Shown here one piece after another: positions 57,208 through 64,000 of a stretch of 64,000 nt of DNA. The stretch is from Octopus vulgaris (Eukaryota), in contig OX597816.1 in assembly GCA_951406725.2 (NCBI GenBank), positions 180,544,001 through 180,608,000 on the forward strand, read 5' to 3'. A program made the position numbers and the translations under genes. The notes under the pieces are model-generated. The model was not told the DNA's origin. It made no database searches and saw only the letters and a list, made by a program, of their open reading frames with translations. Position 1 is the first letter of the stretch. The number at the start of each line of letters is the position of its first letter.

Positions 57208-57561
57208 TATCATCACAGGATCAGATATCCGAAAAAGAAGGACACTCGAAAAGTTAGTGCAGTAATGTACTAACATGAAGTTAAATATGTATAAATGTCC
57301 AATCACAGAGTGACTAATGCCTCCATAATGCGCTTAGACTCCAATTGTTGCCGGCATATAAACACTCTTCCAACGGACCGGTCTAAGGGTAATAACTTGT
57401 CCTGTTTAAGGCTCAGACCATGTTTATTATTCTTTTATTTACAAATTAATTGACCATAACGGTTTTCTACCTCCTGTTTGACCATTGGAGTCTGATGAGT
57501 TGTCTCTAAAGCTAAGTGCTTTATGGATGTGAAACCATTGGTCACTCTATGACCGGACATA

Positions 57562-59077
57562 TAATGGGTTGGTAAGTAATTTCGGTTTTGTGAAATAATT
57601 CTTTTTTTTTTCATACAAATTCTATATTTTCCATTTTGTTCAATGACCTTTTGCCATCTTTCTGGAAACTTCCTGACGCCGCACTCATAAAACTTCTGGA
57701 ACTTATCAGCCAAAAAGTGAAGCAAGTGTGATTTCAGGTCATCATCATTATTGAAAGTTTTACCATCCAAAGAATTTTGCAAACTTTGAAATAAATGGTA
57801 AACTGATGGTGTGAGGTCAGGCTATATGGTGGATGGGACATTACTTGTTCCCAACCAAGTTCCAATAATTTTCCACAAGTTAGCAAAGACATGTGTGGTC
57901 TAGCGTTGTCATGGTGGAACACAATTCCTTTATGATTTGCCAATTCTGGCTGTTTTTCTTTGATTGCTTGACAGTAAACATCTGATTTGATAGTTTGGTT
58001 CCTTGGAAGCAGCTCAAAATACACAGCACCTTTGTAATCCCACCAAATTGATAGTATGACCTTTTTTTTTAATGCAATTCAGCTTTTGATGCGGTTTCTG
58101 CTGGTCCATTATGCTTGGACCATGATTGTTTTCGATTGACATTGTAGACAATCCATTTTTTATCACCAGTGATGATTTGTTTCAAAAGAAGGTTGATTTC
58201 CTTGCATTGGAGATGCATATTGCAAATATTAATTCATTGTATCAAGGGAACCTCTTTCAATTCATGTGGAACCCAAATATCAAGCTTCTTAATGAGTCAA
58301 AGACATTTTAAGTGTTACGTTTATATATTTGTTGTGCAAGATTTTTTATGTGAAGTCATGTGTTGAAACAGATATTTTTGTATTTCGGAATGGTCATTTT
58401 GCCAGTTTAACCAATAAAAACACACGCACTATATATTTGGTGTTACTTTGTTTCAGTGTTATTTATTTTTTAATAAGATTAAGTTTAATGTAAAAAATAA
58501 ATAACACTGAAGCAAAGTAACACCAAATATATAGTGAGTTTCTTTTTATTGGCTAAACTGGCAAAATGACCATTCCGAAATACAACAACATTTTAAGTGA
58601 TTTTCAATTGTTGTGTGTGAAACATTTAACCTCTCTGCAATCTCTTGCACAGTCACATGACAATCAGATTCAATTATGGCTTTGATTCGCTCATCATGAA
58701 CTTGCGTAGGTCGACCAGAACATTGGTCATCTTTGAGTGAAAAATCTCCAGAACAGGATTTTTAAAACCATTTCTGACCATGTACGTTCTGTTAAGCAAT
58801 CAACTACATAAACTTCACATATCTCTTTGTGAGCCTCAGCAGACTTCTTGCCTTTACAGAAGTAAAAAAGCAAAATATGGTGAAAATGTTCGTTTTTGCA
58901 CTCCATGTTAAAATTGACACTGAATTAACAGCTGTAAACAAAATTACATGCAATTTGCTTCTAAAATAAGTTAAACATAATGCTATCAAATGTTAAAAGA
59001 AGAAAATCATAACACTGACAAAAGTCATTCAAAAAAAATCTATTTGTGAAAAACGAAATTACTTTCTTGCCAAACCA

Positions 59078-59080
<3 letters not shown>
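57562..59080 (-). mobile_element. Older degraded mariner (Hsmar1-like TIRs) interrupted by an insertion
   Basis: Degenerate TIRs TAATGGGTTGGTAAGTAATTTCGGTTTT / inverse of TATTGGTTTGGCAAGAAAGTAATTTCGTTTT. Transposase remnants include IWVPHELKE, FHHDNARPH, SHPPYS and LDGKTFNNDDDLK...RWQKVIEQNGKY. Confidence 0.9.
58315..58587. mobile_element. 273-bp fold-back insertion with 12-bp target-site duplication
   Basis: ACATTTTAAGTG at 58303-58314 and 58588-58599 duplicates the mariner codons for HLKC. Internal 95-bp inverted arms at 58378-58472 and 58491-58585. Confidence 0.85.
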
Positions 59081-59141
<61 letters not shown>

Positions 59142-59204
59142 CTGTGTGTGTATATGCATGATCATGTAGGAGAGTTGTCCTGAATGTAATGCAAAACTGA
59201 GCAT

Positions 59205-60180
59205 AACTTTTTTTATATTAACTGATGCAGGTTGTTCAAACTGCACATGTTGGTAGAAAAACTCTTCTTTGCACCACAAGCAATGCATTTGCACCATTAT
59301 TGAACTCGACCATGAAATCTGCTTTAAGAAAAATCAGGTGTACCCTCTTGCACTCATTTCTTCACAACCACTTTCACCTCAGCTTTGTTGCCCCTTATGA
59401 CTGTCCTTCATTGGACTAAAGGCAGATATTGGAGAGCAACAGATCCTGGCTGTACAGTGGACAGGGGAGCACTGACCGGCCCAAATCCAAATTGCTGATT
59501 GCATGATTTGTTGCCAAATCATGGTGAATGTGAATCATTTTCAGATCCTTGTTCAGTTTCTTCCCCCTAACAGTTTCTGTGGGTCCTTTTAATCTCAATG
59601 GACCATTCACTGTTCACAGTACAGCCACATTCTAGAAAATCAAGAGCAATGACACTCTTATTATTCCAAAAAATAGTCACCATGACTTTTAGTGCCAATT
59701 GCTGGCTCATGAAAAATTGTGTGTCAACTGCAGAGGTACCCACTTTTGAAGACCCAGTCTTTCCACCCCTTTCTGCAACACCATGTGACCACAGTTCAGT
59801 TGTACGGCCAGCCCATGGATTGAAACTCATCCCCTTGCTGGCAGTGCTTATCATTGGCCGCCGCAACTGATGGTCTCCCGTTGTGTGGTCTGTCTTCAAT
59901 GCTGATTTCCCATCTGTGTACATTGCTCTTGTCAATGGCATCATCTCTGCACACAACCTGTAGTCTTCTGTGGGTATTGGACAGCTCGCACACCTCCCTT
60001 GTCAAAAACTCAATAATGGCAATTTGCTTCTGCTTAGAATCCACAAAAGAGAACAGGAAGAAGAATTACAATAGAAGAAGAGTTACTCAACCAACACATA
60101 TGTGCAATTTGAATGAATAAAAATGTTACACTCCTTTTGCATATATGGGGAAGAGATTTTGTTTTAGAATGTTATATTAA
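59205..60180 (-). mobile_element. Degraded mariner remnant
   Basis: Track ORFs give MDSKQKQIAIIEFL...IEDRPHNGRP, KVMVTIFWNNKSVIALDFL and VLPCPLYSQDL (mariner motifs). Boundaries approximate. Confidence 0.75.
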
Positions 60181-60329
60181 AAACATAACTATATTCTAGC
60201 TAAATCTCCTTATTGTATTTTTGTTTTGTTTTTTGTTGTTGTTTTTTTTTTACTATATTTGCATGTAAGCTCTTTTGCAGTTCAATTGGAGCACTAAAAT
60301 CCCAAAATTCATTATTATTGAAGTTTACA

Positions 60330-60800
60330 AATGTCAATGTTTACAGGTTGCTACAATATAGCCAGGGCATGAAGTACCCTGCATGCAACAGCACTTACAA
60401 GTCAGTCATTTCAGACACTGAACAAGTTCATGGAGAACAGTTTTGTCATTCTTCAAACATCTCAAACAGGCCCAGTTGGTGGCATTGTTGTACCTACAGA
60501 GGTTTATCCCAAACTGGCAAAACCTGCTCTCCAATAGCACTTCCAGACCAATGAATTTTGGAAATTGTTAATAATCCCAAAGTCGCAAACCAACTGACTT
60601 TTCCTGGTTAGTATGCATCTTGCTGCTACCCTTTGTATTTCTTCTGTATGACATCAACCATCGGCATTTCTGAGATAACCAACAGCATGTCAATGACATT
60701 CAGTGGATGAAAACATGATTCTGGTGTGTTCCAATACGAGCAGAATGCCCCATGGCGTATCTAACTTCCACAGCAAACTTGAGAACGAAAACATACAGGA
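60330..60800 (-). mobile_element. Tx1/L1-clade LINE remnant
   Basis: Minus strand reads LVWKCYW...LPVWDK...CLRCLKNDKTVLHELVQC, the CCHC knuckle of L1/Tx1 ORF2. Boundaries approximate. Confidence 0.6.
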
Positions 60801-63149
60801 GTGATAATCAGACACAATCTTGATGAAGAGTATGTGATTTGAAACTATTCCAATAGGTGACTATTTAGTTCGACTACCAAGTAAATGCTGCAGTACATAG
60901 TAGGGATCAATGTTTTAAAAAGGAAACTGAAACTAGCAACACTTTGGACAACTGTCAAAAACTTAGGACTGATCTTATTCAGTGCCCTAAGAAAGCTACA
61001 CTATTACCAACTCTTTCTACAATGTATCATATGAGATAGATGTTATCCTGGATAAATCTGCAGAGAATTGCACCTGCTTCTGTTCTACTGAGAACACAAA
61101 TAATCACAAGCTCCAAAATCTTTAAAATGGCATTTAGCAGAATAATGAGACTAAATTGGCAATGATATATAAACAAACTCCATCATGTACATTTTGCTAT
61201 TGTAATGTAATGCGATGAATTGTTTACAAGAATTACATTTATAACAATGTTATTTATTGCTGAAAAATTTTCAATTCCTTTATAAAATCTTTTACTAATT
61301 TTAATTCAAGAATTATCCCAAAACCAAATGTTTGCACTCTTTGATGCTTATAGAAAAATATCTGAAACACAAATACTTTAGCATTGTGACACATATATTA
61401 GAAACCAAGTAAAAATCATGGTCATTGCTCTTCTTCATAATTGATACTATTTTGCCTTTTTTTAAAGTTATCTATTTTTTTACAGCAAGCCAGAGCAACA
61501 GCATACTTCATTAATCACCTTTTCATATACATTTGCTTTATTGTAACTTATTGGATCAGTTTGGTGACCTATCAACTGATGACAAACTTTGTACAGTTTA
61601 TTTAATTTTAAATTTGTTCATGTCCGTAGCTTAAATAAACTATATGTTTGAAACTAGAAACAATTGTGCACAACTATTAGCATTCATTCAGTATTTTAAC
61701 AGATTTTTCACAAACAGTTAGAGTGGATTTATGCCTATTTAACTTGCATATTGCAGTATTCTTGTTCTGCATAAATCACTTAAATTGATTTCCCAATGAT
61801 TTGCCATCATTAGTTTTTCGCTTTCCTTTTATGAAAAAGTATTAATATGGTTACATAATGGCTTACATAAGGAGCTGCTGCTTTTACACTTAAAGAAACT
61901 TGTTGTTTTCTTTTTTTTACCTAAACAAAGCACAGAATTTACTGAATACAAACAGGTAGGGCTTTAAAAATGAAACAAAATAGATATAATAAACCTGACA
62001 AAATAACCTCTTACATATTTTTTTTTTGCTTTCCACTCAATTTAATTGCAAATTGAAGATGGCAGCATGAATACCACGACAATGTGTGTCAAACTAAGAA
62101 TATGCATTTTCTTCTAAATAAAACCATGTTTGAAAATGATGAAATTTTTTGCACCTATTGAAAACATCCTAGCAAGATACATTATCAAGAACACATGTTA
62201 TGTATGTCTTCATAAATAAACTAATTTAACCTAACTTAACCTAGCATAATGGTACTTTGGGTTAGGTCAGTTAAGGTTAGATTAGTTTGTTTATGAAAAT
62301 ATACAAAATATTTACATTTCAAATACATTTCTCTATATTAATGGCAGCTGCAATAATAGCCGACATCTGAACATATCATATGCCAAATGCACAACTGCAG
62401 AACATCCCCCAATTTTTTTTGTGTTTTGTTTGTTTTTTATAAAAGCCATATCAGCCAATGTACAGTGAATTCTATACTTCAACTAGAAAAATTAAGTTTT
62501 TCTTTTTCTCTTGCTATAATAATGCTGATATAAAGCACTGTAAATGTGACAGTAACTAATAAGTCAAATCAGTTCCTATTCAGAAGTACTGTACTTCTAG
62601 GTTAGCTGGAGAACCAGATCTTGCTTATATATTCCATTTCTGGCATTGTTACTATGGCTTGATACCCTTCTTAACACCAAGCACTTTACAGAGTGAATTA
62701 CGTACACTTTATCATGGCACAAGCACTAGAGAGGTTATCACCTTGACAAAATTCTACCCTACATTGTCTCCAGCCAATATAGAATAGAGAGGACTAGTCT
62801 ATTAGAAATTGAAACACTAAAATTAAAATCATATACACCAAGCATTCTTTCTTCATTTACTACAAGCTGAACAATAAAGACACGTTCTCCCCAGCCACCC
62901 ACCCCCAATCCATGCTAATCCTAATGTGCTCCTAATTTATATTGTGAATTTTAAACAAAAACAAATATTAATAGTTTGACAAAGTTTCAGAAATATTGAT
63001 TTGAATTTAAACAAGGCATTAAACCAGATATGATTCAAACAATTTTGGATATCTGATTAATTAGAATTTTGACTGGACACGCAGGGCTAAGAGAGGTCAT
63101 TAGTTTCCAAATCATATGCCCAGGCTCTGTTGTAAGAATCTAGTCTTTA

Positions 63150-63560
63150 AGATTTTGGCAATACAAGGCTGACCATATCAAAGGAAAATCTGACATTGTT
63201 TGAGGTCGATCCAGCTGGTTTCCTTGAATGTTTCCTGAGCCAGAGACAAAGAAACAATCCATGCAATGGAAACTGCCTCTCCTCACCTGCTCCAAAGAAG
63301 GCCAAGATTGTTTTATCTACAGGGAAACTGAAGACCAAACTGACTAAAGGATAACCGACAAAATGGTTCTTGTTTCCTCAGGACAATGCTCCAGTACACA
63401 AGCCTTATGTTTCAATGGTTGCTGTGCCATTGAACTGGTTGATGAACCTCCCTATCTTCTTGTTTTGGCCCTATCTGGCTATTGTCAGTTTCCTAACACA
63501 AAACAAACACTCCATGAGAGTGTCTTGGTCAGCCTATGAACTTTTCAGCTGAGGATGGCA
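63150..63560 (+). mobile_element. Short mariner transposase relic
   Basis: SPAPKKAKIV...GK and FPQDNAPVHK resemble the mariner PPPKKAR and QDNAPxH motifs. Boundaries approximate. Confidence 0.6.
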
Positions 63561-63802
63561 TCAAATGTTGTGAGGATTAGTTTTTAAAACAACTCTGAAT
63601 ATAACCACATTAACTGTGTTAAATTAACACTCAATTTTTCTCAGTTTGGTAAGACCAAAGTAAATTTCAAAAATTGTGTGCAACTGCATTTTTTTTCTAT
63701 CAATATCAAAACAATGAACTATAAAAAAGAAGTACTCGCACACAGATCAATCATATACATACACAAACACATACATACACAGAGGACAAAAAATTTACTT
63801 AC

Positions 63803-64000
63803 CTGTCACGAAGCCTCTTAGCAAAACCAAAATCAGTAATTTTCATATGGCCTTCATAATCTAAGAGGAGATTTTCTGGTTTCAAATCTCTGTAGACAAT
63901 TAATTTACTATGGAGATAGTCTATGGCTGAGATCAGTTCACAGGCAAAAAAGTTAGCCCAAGCACTGCTGAAAAACCCAGACTTTCGCAGATAAGAGAAC
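63803..64000 (-). CDS. PRKX: PRKX/Pka-C3-like protein kinase, coding exon (5'-truncated by window edge), catalytic loop and DFG
   Basis: Manual translation gives [65 protein letters not shown](R). Contains YRDLKPEN and DFG motifs and ends at donor AG|GTAAGT (plus-strand acttac 63797-63802). Confidence 0.96.

Overview
AT-rich, microsatellite-dense eukaryotic genomic DNA. The repeat complement (tRNA-headed SINEs with internal (TA)/(CA) tracts, mariner, hAT and piggyBac-like MITEs, CR1/RTE/Tx1 relics) looks like an octopus (coleoid cephalopod) genome; this is pattern recognition, not a database result. The only well-supported host gene is the 3' part of a PRKX / Pka-C3-type cAMP-dependent protein kinase catalytic subunit on the minus strand. 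It has six coding exons between 64000 and 33889, all with GT-AG boundaries and a continuous reading frame ending ...LFTDF*. Its introns carry a near-intact mariner with 30-bp TIRs, several older mariners, a fold-back insertion with a 12-bp target-site duplication, and an 8.1-kb array in which a constant 30-bp unit alternates with variable (CT)n tracts. Bases 1-33000 are intergenic or non-coding, apart from weak exon and small-ORF hints. Almost all ORFs in the supplied track are microsatellite or SINE artefacts. I found no demonstrably new biological system; the best leads are the intronic array, the fold-back insertion, hairpins that could be ADAR substrates, and a candidate recoding site in PRKX.
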